DNA of 64,000 nt from Mobula hypostoma (lineage: Eukaryota). The notes below the pieces were generated by a model. It had not been told where the DNA came from and made no database searches. It saw only the letters and a list, made by a program, of their open reading frames with translations. The stretch lies in assembly GCF_963921235.1 (NCBI RefSeq), contig NC_086097.1:225248001-225312000 (forward strand), in the 5' to 3' direction. Of this stretch, positions 13,890-24,020 are shown piece after piece (the stretch's first letter is position 1; each line of letters begins with the position of its first letter). A program made the translations under genes and the position numbers.

Positions 13890-14260
13890 AGCGACGCACA
13901 CAAAATTGCTGGTGAATGCAGCAGGCCAGGCAGCATCTATAGGAAGAGGTACAGTCGACGTTTCGGGCTGAGACCCTTTGTCAGGACTAACTGAAGGAAG
14001 AGATAGTAAGAGATATGAAAGTGGGAGGGGGAGGGGAGATCCGAAATGATAGGAGAAGACAGGAGGGGGAGGGATGGAGCCAAGAGCTGGACAGGTGATT
14101 GGCAAAAGGGATATGAGGCTGGAGAAGGGAGAGGATCATGGGACGGGAGGCCTAGGGAGAAAGAAAGGGGGAGAGGGGAAGCCCAGAGGATGGGCAAGCA
14201 GTATAGTGAGAGGGACAGAGAGAGAAAAAGGAGAGAGAGAAAAAATATAATTAATAATTA
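13890..14260 (-). mobile_element. Penelope-like pseudo-LTR/3' region with hammerhead motif (core mutated, CTGACAA)
   Basis: Near-identical to 40190-40550, which adjoins Penelope ORF sequence. Motif at 13953-13988. Confidence 0.85.
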
Positions 14261-14379
14261 TTACTCTCACTATACTCCTTGCCCATATGCTTGCCCATAT
14301 TAATTGATGGTTTGAACATCTCTATATGCATGTGAACATACGTACTTGTGAGAATATATGTACAATACACATAATGACT

Positions 14380-14525
14380 GAAGAAACAGTCAATGTTTCA
14401 GGCTGAAAGCCTTCATCAGGCCAAGGTTTCAGCTCAAAACATCAACTGTTTATTCTTTTCTATAGATGCTGCCTGACCTGCTGAGCTCCTCCAGCACAGT
14501 GTGCCTATTGCTCTAGATTTCTCTT
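14380..14525. mobile_element. Two short Penelope pLTR pieces in inverted orientation
   Basis: A minus piece (14388-14422, CCTGATGAAGGCTTTCAGCCTGAAAC) abuts a plus piece (14423-14525, ...ATAGATGCTGCCTGACCTGCTGAG). Confidence 0.7.
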
Positions 14526-14546
14526 GGAAGTTGCTGTGAAAAATGT

Positions 14547-15080
14547 CAAGACATCTTTAAATGTGAAATACCCTTAAAAAGTAAGGCCATATATTTTGGG
14601 TATACACCTCAAGAATGGTTGAAAAGAGATAAATATTTAATGAATATACTGCTGGTGGCTGGTAAAAATACAGGAAATGGTTATCACAGGAGAGCCCAAC
14701 TTTAAATGTATGGATGGAAATTACAATGGACATTTACAAAATGGAAAAGATAACAGCATCTGTTAATCATAAGTTGGAACAATTTTATTCATACTGGAAA
14801 AATGGTTTAACTACATAACATCTCATAGGCCTGATTTTATTCTCACAAGTCAATGAATATGTTGTAAAAAAAGATCACTCCCTACCCTGTACAGAGTTTT
14901 CTTCTTTCGATTGTTCTTTCTTTCCTCTCCTTTCTATAAGTGTATACCTCAGATAAATATTATGTGAAGATTTGTGACAAATACGATTATATGTTATATA
15001 TGTACAGTATCTGAAATACATCTTATGGAAATGTTTGTTTGATGATGAAATTCAATCAAAAATAAATTACACAAAAAAAA
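14547..15080 (+). mobile_element. L1-clade LINE 3' end
   Basis: QDIFKCEIPLKSKAIYFGY...NILLVAGK..RKWLSQESPTLNVWMEITMDIYKMEKIT...YW, typical of fish L1 ORF2 C-termini. Followed by AATAAA and an A-rich tail at ~15061-15080. Confidence 0.75.
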
Positions 15081-15348
15081 TTGGCCTTTCTCCAATTCAG
15101 AATACTAACCCAGGACCAGACATATCTTTTTCCATGTTTACTTTGAAACCAATGGCATTATGCTCACAAGATGCAAAATGTACCTCCACACAAACTGCTT
15201 TCACCTACCTTGTCTTATTTCCCCAATAGCAGATCTCTCTCGCTGGGACTTCTAATGATTAAGGAAACTTTCCTGAATGTATTTGACAAACTCTATCCCA
15301 TCTAGTCCTTTTACTGTATGGGAGTCCCAGTCAATATGTGGAAAATAT

Positions 15349-17288
15349 TATGGAATAGATGGCTTTGTGGCTAAGTTTGCTGATGATACAAAGATAGGTG
15401 GAGGGGCCGGTAGTGCTGAGGAAACAGAGAGTCTGCAGAGAGACTTAGATAGATTGGAAGAATGGGCAAGAAGTGGCAAATGAAATATAATTTTGGGAAG
15501 TGTATGGTTACGCACTTTGGCAGAAGAAATAAACGGGCAGACTATTATTTCAATAGGGAGAGAATTCAAAGTTCTGAGTTGCAATGGGACTTGGGAGTCC
15601 TCGTGCAGGATACCCTTAAGGTTAACCTCCAGGTTGAGTCGGTGGTGAAGAAGGCGAATGCAATGTTGGCATTCACTTCTAGAGGAATAGAGCATAGGAG
15701 CAGGGATGTGATGTTGAGGCTCTATAAGGCACTGGTGAGACCTCACTTGGAGTACTGTGGGCAGTTTTGGGCTCCTTATTTAAGAAAGGTTGTGCCGACG
15801 TTGGAGAGGGTACAGAGAAGATTCACAAGAATGATTCCGGGAATGAGAGGGTTAACATATGAGGAACACAAAATAATCTGCAGATGCTGTGATCGAAGCA
15901 ACACTTTCAGTACGCTGGATTAACTCAGCAGGTCGGGTGGCATCAGTCAGAAACGATGAGTCGACGTTTTGGGCCGGAACCCTTCGTCAGGACTGAAGAA
16001 TAAAAGATGGGGAAGGATTTGAAGAATGCTTGTAGCTTCAGTTGAAAGACAAAGGGGTGGGGGAGGAGAAGCATTGACGTCATAGCCCTGAAAACAATGG
16101 GTAGTAGAAGAAGGAGGCGGAACCATGAGGGAGCTGGGGGAGGGGGCAGAGTGAAATAGGGATAGAGGAAGGGAGGGGGAGGGAATTGCCGGTAGTTGGA
16201 GAATTCTATGTTCATACCAAGGGGCTGAAGACTACCTAGATGGTATATGAGGTGTTGCTCCTCCAACCTGAGTTTAGCCTCATCATGGCAGTAGAGGAGG
16301 CCATGTATGGACATATCTGAATGGGAATGGGAAGCAGAGTTGAAGTGGGTGGCTGCCGGCAGATCCTGTCTGTTGTGGTGGACGGGGTGGAGGTGCTCGA
16401 CGAAGTGGTCCCCCAATCTGTGTCGGGTGTCTCCGATGTAGAGGAGGCCGCACCGGATGCAATAGATGACCCCAAAAGACTCACAAGTGAAGTGTTGTCT
16501 CATATGGAAGGACTGTTTGGGGCAAATGGTTGCAAGAGATAAGGTGTAGGTGTAGCACTTATGCTTACAGGGATAAGTGCCGGGTGGGAGATCCGTGGGG
16601 ATGGACGTGTGGATAAGGGAGTCGCGGAGGGACCAATCCCTGCGGAAAGCGGAGAGGGGTGGAGAGGGAAAGATGTGCTTAGTGGTGGGGTCCTGTTGAA
16701 GGTGGCGGAAGTTGCGGAGGATATTGTGCTGGATCCGGAGGCTGGTGGGGTGGTAGGTAAGGACAAGGGGAACTCTGTCCCTGTTGTGGTTGCGGGAGGA
16801 TGGGGTGAGGGCCGAAGTGCGGGAAATGGAGGAGATGCAGGTGAGGGCATATGAGGAACGTTTGTCTGCTCTTGGACTGTATTCCTTGGAGTTTAGAAGA
16901 ATGAGGGGGGACCTCATAGAAACATTTCAGATGTTGAAAGGCATGGACAGAGTGGATGTGACAAAGTTGTTTCCCATGATGGGGGAGTCTAGTACGAGAG
17001 GGCACACAAAGGGCGCCCATTCAGAACAGAGATGCAAAGAATTTTTTTAGCCAGAGGGTGGTGAATCTATGGAATTTGTTGCCACGGGCGGCAGTGGAGG
17101 CCAAGTCATTGGATGTATTTAAGACAGAGATTGATAGGTATCTGAGTAGCCAGGGCATCAAAGGTTATGGTGAGAAGGTGGGGGAGTGGGACTAAATGGG
17201 AGAATGGATCAGCTCATGATAAAATGGTGGAGCAGACTCGATGGGCTGAATGGCTGACTTCTGCTCCTTTGTCTTATGGTCTTATGGT
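15349..17288 (+). mobile_element. Young CR1 LINE 3' part (same subfamily as 5257-6588), interrupted by a Penelope element
   Basis: GIDGFVAKFADDTK...VRPHLEYCGQFWAPYLRK...LTYEE continues as RLSALGLYSLEFRRMRGDL after 16859. Tail TCTTATGGTCTTATGGTC. Confidence 0.95.
15868..16847 (-). mobile_element. Penelope-like element (GIY-YIG endonuclease region and pLTR), 5'-truncated
   Basis: ORF 15943-16917 reads RVPLVLTYHP...FTCESFGVIYCIRCGLLYIGDTRHRLGDHFVEH...LEEQHLIYHLGSLQPLGMN. Perfect 12-bp TSD CATATGAGGAAC at 15856-15867 and 16848-16859. Confidence 0.95.
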
Positions 17289-17449
17289 CTAAAATTAAAA
17301 TCATCTATTATAATTACCTTATGTTTCTTGCTATAGTCTGTGCTCTCTCTACAAATCAGTTCCTCTAAATCCTGCAGACTGTTGGGTGGTATATAATATA
17401 GGCATATTAACATGTTCATACCTTTCTTAATCTTCAGATCCAGCCCTCT

Positions 17450-18378
17450 AAAGTTGAGACCACGATGATCCAACCTCTCATAAACTCCCTACAACATTGC
17501 ATACAAAATACAAGAGTACAATAACCAATACTGTAAACCCAATAGTCACCCCCAGCACACTACCAAAGTCCGCCAGCCTCCCTGTGCCCCAGAAGGCCAC
17601 CAACCCCATTCCAGAGTGTACGAGCTAATGAGATGGTCCCCCCACTTAATCTTATACACTGACTTTCAGATGTGATCAACCAGGTGAGTGAGGTTACCCA
17701 ACCCATCAGGAATGTAGGTGCAGCATTCTTGACCAACAATTCAAGTGCCACCTTCCTATGTGAGCAGGCAATCTGTTAAGGAAACCAGTTCTCGGGACAG
17801 CCTGTCCACACCATGTTGAGAAAGGTTATCATTCAAAACCTTCCTTCCTTTGTAATAGCCCTCTTACCAACCAGCATGGACAAGGTGCTCATCCAGGGCA
17901 CTGGGGTGGTGTATATATGGCACCACATATCAACTGCACCATCCTGTGGGAACCACGGGTAGGCCTGGGAATTGTGTACCCAGTAAGTGCCATTCAGCAA
18001 GTGCCCACCTTCACTACACCATTTGAGGTAGAGAAAGGCATCCCAGAATACTGTTCCTGCTCATATTTGCCACCCACTTTGCCGCCATGTACCTGTACCC
18101 AACATACCTCCTACACCATCACTCTGTCAGTTGGGGAAATTACTTTAAGAGATGGGACTTTCCAATTAAGCAAATGGTACTTAGGGAAATGCCAGCCCTT
18201 ACAGTACTTACTCCACAGGGGCTATTAAGACTCATGTCCTTTAAGGTTGTTAACATACTCCGGGTCAAGGTTGTTTGGGATAGAATACTTCCACACAGCT
18301 CGCCAAAACAGAATGCCAAAATGCAAGAAGCCAGATAATTTCCCCCAATAGTCTTTTTCTTTGTCAAAGGGATCAATA
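17450..18378 (-). pseudogene. env: Endogenous retrovirus env remnant (SU C-terminal part and gamma-type TM)
   Basis: Manual translation: LNGTYWVHNSQAYPWFP; KR/AITKEGRF*MITFSQHGVDRLSRELV (cleavage site and fusion-peptide region); DCLLT*EGGT*IVGQECCTYIPDGLGNLTHLVDHI (ISD and CX6CC remnant); WGWW..GGWRTLV; hydrophobic LGVTIGFTVLVIVLL. Confidence 0.85.
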
Positions 18379-20445
18379 TGTGGCAAATACTCAGGGGATA
18401 TTTGCATGGGGTTCTGCGTAGGTACATTCTAATGAGACAGGGAAAAAGATGGTAGGGTACAGGAACTGTGGTGTACAAAGGCTGTTGTAAATCTAGTCAA
18501 GAAGAAAAGAAGAGCTTACGAAAGTTTCAAAAAACTAGGTAATGATAGAGTTCTAGAAGATTACAAGGCTAGCAGGGAGGAGCTTAAGAATGAAATTACG
18601 AGAGCCAGAAGGGGCCATGAGAAGGCCTTGGCGGACAGGATTAATCAAACCCCCCAAGGCATTCTACAAGTATGTGAAGAGCAAGAGGTTAAGAGGTAAG
18701 AAAATAGGACTACTCAAGTGTGGCAGTGGAAAAGTATGTATGGAACCGAAGGAGATGGCAGAGGTACTTAATGAATATTTTGTTTCAGTATTCACTACAG
18801 AAAAGGATCTTGGCGATTGTAGGGATGACTTGCAGTGGACTGAAAAGCTTGAGCATATAGATATTAAGGAAGAGGTTGTACTGGAGCTTTTGGAAAGCAT
18901 CAAGTTGGATAAGTCATCGGGACTGGACAGGATGTACCCCAGGCTACTGTGGGAAGTGAGGGAGGAGACTGCTGAGCCTCTGGCGATGATCTTTGCATTA
19001 TCAATGAGGACGGGAGAGGTTCCAGAGGATTGGAGGGTTGCGGATGTTGTTCCCTTATTCAAGAAAGGGAGTAGCAATAGCCCAGGAAATTATAAACCAG
19101 CGAGTCTTCAGTGGTTAGTAAGTTGATGGAGAAGATCCTCAGAGGCAGGATTTATGAACATATGGCGAGGTATAATATGATTAGGAATAGTCAGCATGGC
19201 TTTGCCAAAGGCAGGTCGTGCCTTGCGAGCCTTATAGAATTTTTTGAGGATGTGACTAAACACATTGATGAAGGAAGAGCTGTAGATGTGGTGTATATGG
19301 ATTTTAGCAAGGCATTTGATAAGGTACCCCATGCAAGGTTTATTGAGAAAGTAAGGAGGCAGACGAAGCAAGGGGACATTGCTTTGTGGATCCAGAACTG
19401 GCTCGCCCACAGAAGGCAAAGAGTGGTTGTAGATGTGTCATATTGTGCATGGAGGTTGAAGACCAGTGGTGTGCCTCAGGGATCTGTTCTGGGAGCGCTA
19501 CTCTTTGTGATTTTTATAAATGACCTGGATGAGGAAGTGGAAGGAAGGGTTAGTAAATTTGCTGATGACACAAAGTTTGGGGGTATTGTGGATAGTGTGG
19601 AGGGCTGTCAGTGGTTACAGCGGGACATTGATAGGATGCAAAACTGGGCTGAGAAGTGGCAGATGGAGTTCAACCCAGATAAGTGCGAGGTGGTTCATTT
19701 TGGTAGGTCAAATATGATGGCAGAATATAGCAATAATGGCAAGACTCTTGGCAGTGTGAAGGATCAGAAGGATCTTGAGGTCCGAGTCCATAGGACACTC
19801 AAAACTGCTACACAGGTTGACCCTGTGGTTAAGAAGGCATAAGGTGCATTGGCCTTCATCAATCGTGGGATTAAGTTTAAGAGCCGAGAGGTAATGTTGC
19901 AGCTATGTAGAACCCTGGTCAGACCCCACTTGGAGTACTGTGCTCAATTCTGGTCACCTCACTATAGGAAGGATGTGGAAACCATAGAAAGAGTGCAGAG
20001 GAGATCTACAGCGATGTTGCCTGGATTGGGGAGGATGTCTTATGAGAATAGGTTGAGTGAACTCAGCCTTTTCTCCTTGGAGCGACGGAGGATGAGAGGT
20101 GACTTGATAGTGGTGTACAAGATAATGAGAGGCATTGATCGTGTGGATAGTCAGAGGGTTTTTCCCAGGGCTTAAATGGCTAGCACAAGAGAGCATAGTT
20201 TTAAGGTGCTTGGAAGTAGGTACAGAGGAGATGTGAGGGGTAATTTTTTTATGCAGAGAGTGGCCAGCGACGGTGGTGGAGGCGGAAACAATCGGATCTT
20301 TTGAGGGACCCCTGGATGGATACATGGAGCTTAGAAAAATAGAGGCCTATGGGTAAGCCTAGGTAGTTCTAAGGTAAGGACATGTTCAGCACAGCTTTGT
20401 GGGCCAAAGGGCCTGTATTGTGCTGTAGGTTTTCTATGTTTCTCT
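18379..20445 (+). mobile_element. CR1 LINE (linker, RT, 3' UTR) inserted into ERV env
   Basis: ORFs 18590-19126, 19111-19842 and 19849-20175 carry QHGFAKGRSC, YMDFSKAFDKVPH, GVPQGSVLG and KFADDTK. TTCTATGT tail. AATA duplicated at 18375-18378 and 20446-20449. Confidence 0.95.
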
Positions 20446-20520
20446 AATACCAGTGGCATCCCTCCCGCAAAGTAGTAAGGAGTCCTCATTTAAATCCAGC
20501 AATCTGACCCATTTGCTAAT
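20446..20520 (-). pseudogene. env: ERV env SU N-terminal piece
   Basis: LANGSDCWI*MRTPYYFAGGMPLV (degenerate CWxC motif) rejoins LIPLTK at 18378 once the CR1 is removed. Confidence 0.7.
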
Positions 20521-21830
20521 CTAACTTCCGTACCTGGCCACATGTACCTTCTTCTACATAGTCTAAACATTCAAATAATTGAATCGTTGTACTTCTAGGA
20601 TGACCAACAGTTGATGCTACTAAAGACAGCACTGCCCATTTTATTTAGGAAGCTGCCGTCATAACCACATGCCCTATGTTTCCAGAAGTTAATTTAATAT
20701 CCTCTGGCAGGCTACCACTATTGCGGTATAATTCTGTGATAAGAGCCCACTGGCATAGAACTTTAGTGCCCCCCTGTACTGTGATTCATTCCGTTTGGGG
20801 TCTTAAATTCCATTCAGTGGGAGTAAGATATCTAAATTTAACCACAGCTCTTATTCAAACCCATAGCGATGTATTATGCTCAGGGGGAGCAAGCACTGTT
20901 CTCAGGGTGTTATTGATTGTGTGTTGTGATGGTATACTCCCTCATGCACCCATTTCTCTATTAGATAGGATCATTCCGGTAACCCCCTCATCCCATATCC
21001 TGAATAACCATGCCGCCAAAGACTCTCCAGCCTTTTGCTTGCACCTAGTCCCTAAATTTGCTAATTCCTTAGCAGGGAATTCTCTGATCTCTTGTTGACT
21101 CGAAGAGGCTCATTACACCATCCCCCACACACCCTCCTCCCCAGCCTGAGAGGAAGATGGCCCCCCCCCCTCTCACAGCGCGTGTGGGAATGCATGATCA
21201 CTGGCCTGACCCACACTGTTTCGGGTATTCAGGAGAGAGATCGATTATTTTGATAATCATCACTATCTCCCAGCCCCCAGAGTAGGATTACCGCCCTGCC
21301 TCATTAAAGCTGGAACCTTAACAGGGTCGGGCTGCCAACCAGCTAGGTGTGCAGCATCTAGGTGCTGCAGCTTCATTAGTTGACAAGCTGTATCTGTATT
21401 CTATTTAGAATTAGGGATATCTGAAGTCCCTGACTGTTCTCTCTCCATTTGTGCTTCCTCAAATACTCCTTGCCCTGCTGTGCCTTCACCCCGTGTCCCT
21501 TGACTGCATATTTATCCTGATTTATTAATTTTGGTGTCATCCTTTCCCTGTTCTCTACCCCTCTCCCACAATTCTTATGATATCTGCTTTAATTCCATGT
21601 GTAATCTTCCCAACCCTTTCTTGCCTGGGCCATTCTCAAATGTCTCACCATGCCTGCACCCAAAATCCACAGCAATAACAGAATTAGTGTAGTCCCAGTC
21701 TCTTGAGACCACTTCCACAATCAAGCTTTGTCTATCTTACATTATATTGTAGGCATTGTGCACAACTGAAGCATGTTGCCAGTGAGTAGGCAACTTTCTG
21801 GGTTCCTCAAGCATCTCCTGTTTATATCAC
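20521..21830 (-). pseudogene. gag: Class III (ERV-L/ERV-S-like) retroviral gag remnant
   Basis: Manual translation of 21100-20530 in one frame: IREFPAKELANLGTRCKQKAGESLAAWLFRIWDEGVTGMILSNREMGA*GSI...SLWV*IRAVVKFRY...E*ITVQGGTKVLCQWALITELY...PEDIKLT. These parallel the ERV-L gag motifs Q.PGE...W.LR.WD.G, SLW..L..AV..RYP and W.T...G...LR..A..E..Y. Upstream PDPVKVPAL resembles KVRAL. The 5' limit is uncertain. Confidence 0.8.
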
Positions 21831-21865
21831 CCACTCTAGCCTCTGAAGATCTACAATGTCTTTGT

Positions 21866-22390
21866 GGTTGGCATCCGTCTGTCTTGAAGGACAGCGGGTG
21901 ATGATGGTGATCATCACAAGCCTGAGCAGAAGGTATGGAGATGCCCAGTTGTCAAGATCCTCCTCTCAGCCTCACCAGTGTAGTCCAAAGGAAAGCTAAT
22001 GATGCAATACCTTTGGCACCAGCTTGGCTGCAGGAGCTGCCGGAAGGATGTTCGATGACGTCACCTGCCTTAGGGCTTTCACTCTAGATTTACTGTTTGG
22101 GTTTACTCCCGTATCCTTCATCTCTCCCGAGGCTGCCCACAAGGCAGTGCAGCTGCTTACTCGAAGCTGGAGATCTGGTTCACAAGCACCAGGGTGGGCC
22201 TGCTACGTGTGGAGGGGGCAGACCTCCTCCCCATCCTCTGTATTTCAGCCTGAGTCCAAAGAGTTCAGTTTCTGTGTGTTGCCAGCAAGGAGGCACCACG
22301 TGAGGCTTGCTGTTGGAGAGGCTCTGTACTGGCAGAGAGAGACTGATACATTCAGCTCTACTTTTTACAAGACTGCTAGTCAGCGGTAGA
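21866..22390 (-). mobile_element. Bipartite non-autonomous RTE-derived element
   Basis: Minus-strand 3' end TCAAGACAGACGGATGCCAACC (RTE-type terminus) fused to a 5'-UTR-like block shared with 13490-13875. Confidence 0.65.
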
Positions 22391-23109
22391 AGCAGAAAGT
22401 GAGAGTGACATACGCTGCACTGCCACACTAGACACATCACAACAATTATTTTGTCACCAATGATCTTTGTATTTTGTGACATAATGGAGGCTAGAAATTT
22501 AACTGTAAAATACAGGACTGTAATTTGGCATTGTAGATTTCTGTGCATGTATTTTGTTACATTGCATCATTTGTGATGGATGCTCACTTTCCAGAGCCCA
22601 AGAGGCTTATTGCTAACCTCAGCTTTTTAGCTGAGCAGCATGATCTCTCCTACGGTTCAGAGTTGTTTGTAACAAATTTAAAATTCTAACCAACATTCCT
22701 TGTTAAGCTTTGAGTTGTAAACAAGTAAACGATGAGGTCTTGTAGGCCTAGGTTTAATCAACATAAGACAATGGGGTTATGTTAATTGGCTTGCATCAAA
22801 CCAGTCAACACTGGCTAAGTTACTTGCGACATTGTGACTGAGTGAAAAGCAAGTTTGCAGACCAGACAGATTTTGTCACATACCACATCAAATACGGTCA
22901 CAGGTATAGTTGATCCATCTATTGTTAGATATTTGTGTATATAGGGAGTTAGCACTCATAGCATTAATATTCGGTATCTGGGATCTCTGTCCCCAGAAGC
23001 ATTAAGATAGTTTGTGTGAATTATATTGTCCCAGGAAAGGTCTCTGAAAAACATCACATGCAAATAAATACCAACTAGTAGTAGACTAGCGTAAATGTTA
23101 GAAGGCACT

Positions 23110-24020
23110 GGGGATTCTCTGTAACTTTCACCATCTCCAATGGGATCCCACCACCAAGCACATCTCCCCCAACCCCCCCAACATTCTGATTTCTGCTGAG
23201 ATCGCTCTATACACGACTCCCTTGTCTACTCACTCCTCCCCACTAATCTCCCTTCTGGTACATATCCTTGCAGCAGAACAAGTACCATACCTGTCCCTAC
23301 ACTTCCTTCCTCACTACCATTCAAGGCCACAAGCAATCTTTCCATGCAAGGCAACACTTCTCCTACAAGTCTGTTGGGGTCATCTACTGTATCTGGTGCT
23401 CCTGGTGTGCCCTCCTGTATATTGGTGAGACCAGATGTAGCTTGGGAGACCACTTCACCGAGCACCTTCACTCCATCCACTGCAGAAAGCAGGATCTCCC
23501 AATGGGTACCCATTTCCATTTCAACGTGTCACTCCATGGCCTCCCTACTACCACAATAAGGTCACACTCAATTTGGAGGAGTAACACTTTATATTCCATC
23601 TGCGTAGCCTCCAACCTATTGGCATGAACATTGAATTCCTGAACTTCTGGTAATTGCCTCCCCCCCCCTTCACCATTGCCCATTCCTGTTTCCCTCTCTT
23701 ACCTTATTTCCTTACCTGCTCATTGCTTCCCTCTGGTGCTCCTCCTCATTCCCTTTCTTCCACGGCCTTCTGTGCTTTCTTATTGGATTATCCCTTCTCC
23801 AGCCCTTTACCTCTTTCCAGCTCTTTACTTGACCACTCCCCCTCTCCATTTCACCTAACATCTACCACCTTGTACTTCTTCCTCCCCCTCCTTATTCTGA
23901 CTTCTGCTCTTCCTTTCTAGTCCGCATGAAGGGTCTCTGCCTGAAATGTCCACTCTTTACTCTTCTCCATAGATGCTGCCTGGCCTGCCCAGTTCCTCCA
24001 GCATTTTGTGTGTTTTGCAG
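23110..24020 (+). mobile_element. Penelope-like element remnant
   Basis: ORF 23268-23627: QHFSYKSVGVIYCIWCSWCALLYIGETRCSLGDHFTEH (GIY-YIG). pLTR with a degenerate hammerhead at 23919-23954. Confidence 0.9.

Larger units (their letters stand above)
15081..17437 (-). mobile_element. Old CR1 endonuclease fragment split by a younger CR1
   Basis: 17289-17437 (LYYIPPNSLQDLEELICRE...IIDDFNF) continues at 15346-15081 (PHIDWDSHTVKGLDGIEFVKYIQESFL...EHNAIGFKVNMEK). Confidence 0.8.

Noticed and set aside
20676..21098. 140-aa plus-strand ORF and many similar ORFs in the track
   Set aside because: These are antisense shadows of gag or LINE coding sequence, or low-complexity UTR frames.
22445..22470. Possible LTR end and primer-binding site (CA-T-TGGTGACAAAAT, minus strand) for the ERV
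   Set aside because: It cannot be matched to a tRNA 3' end, and no second LTR copy is visible.
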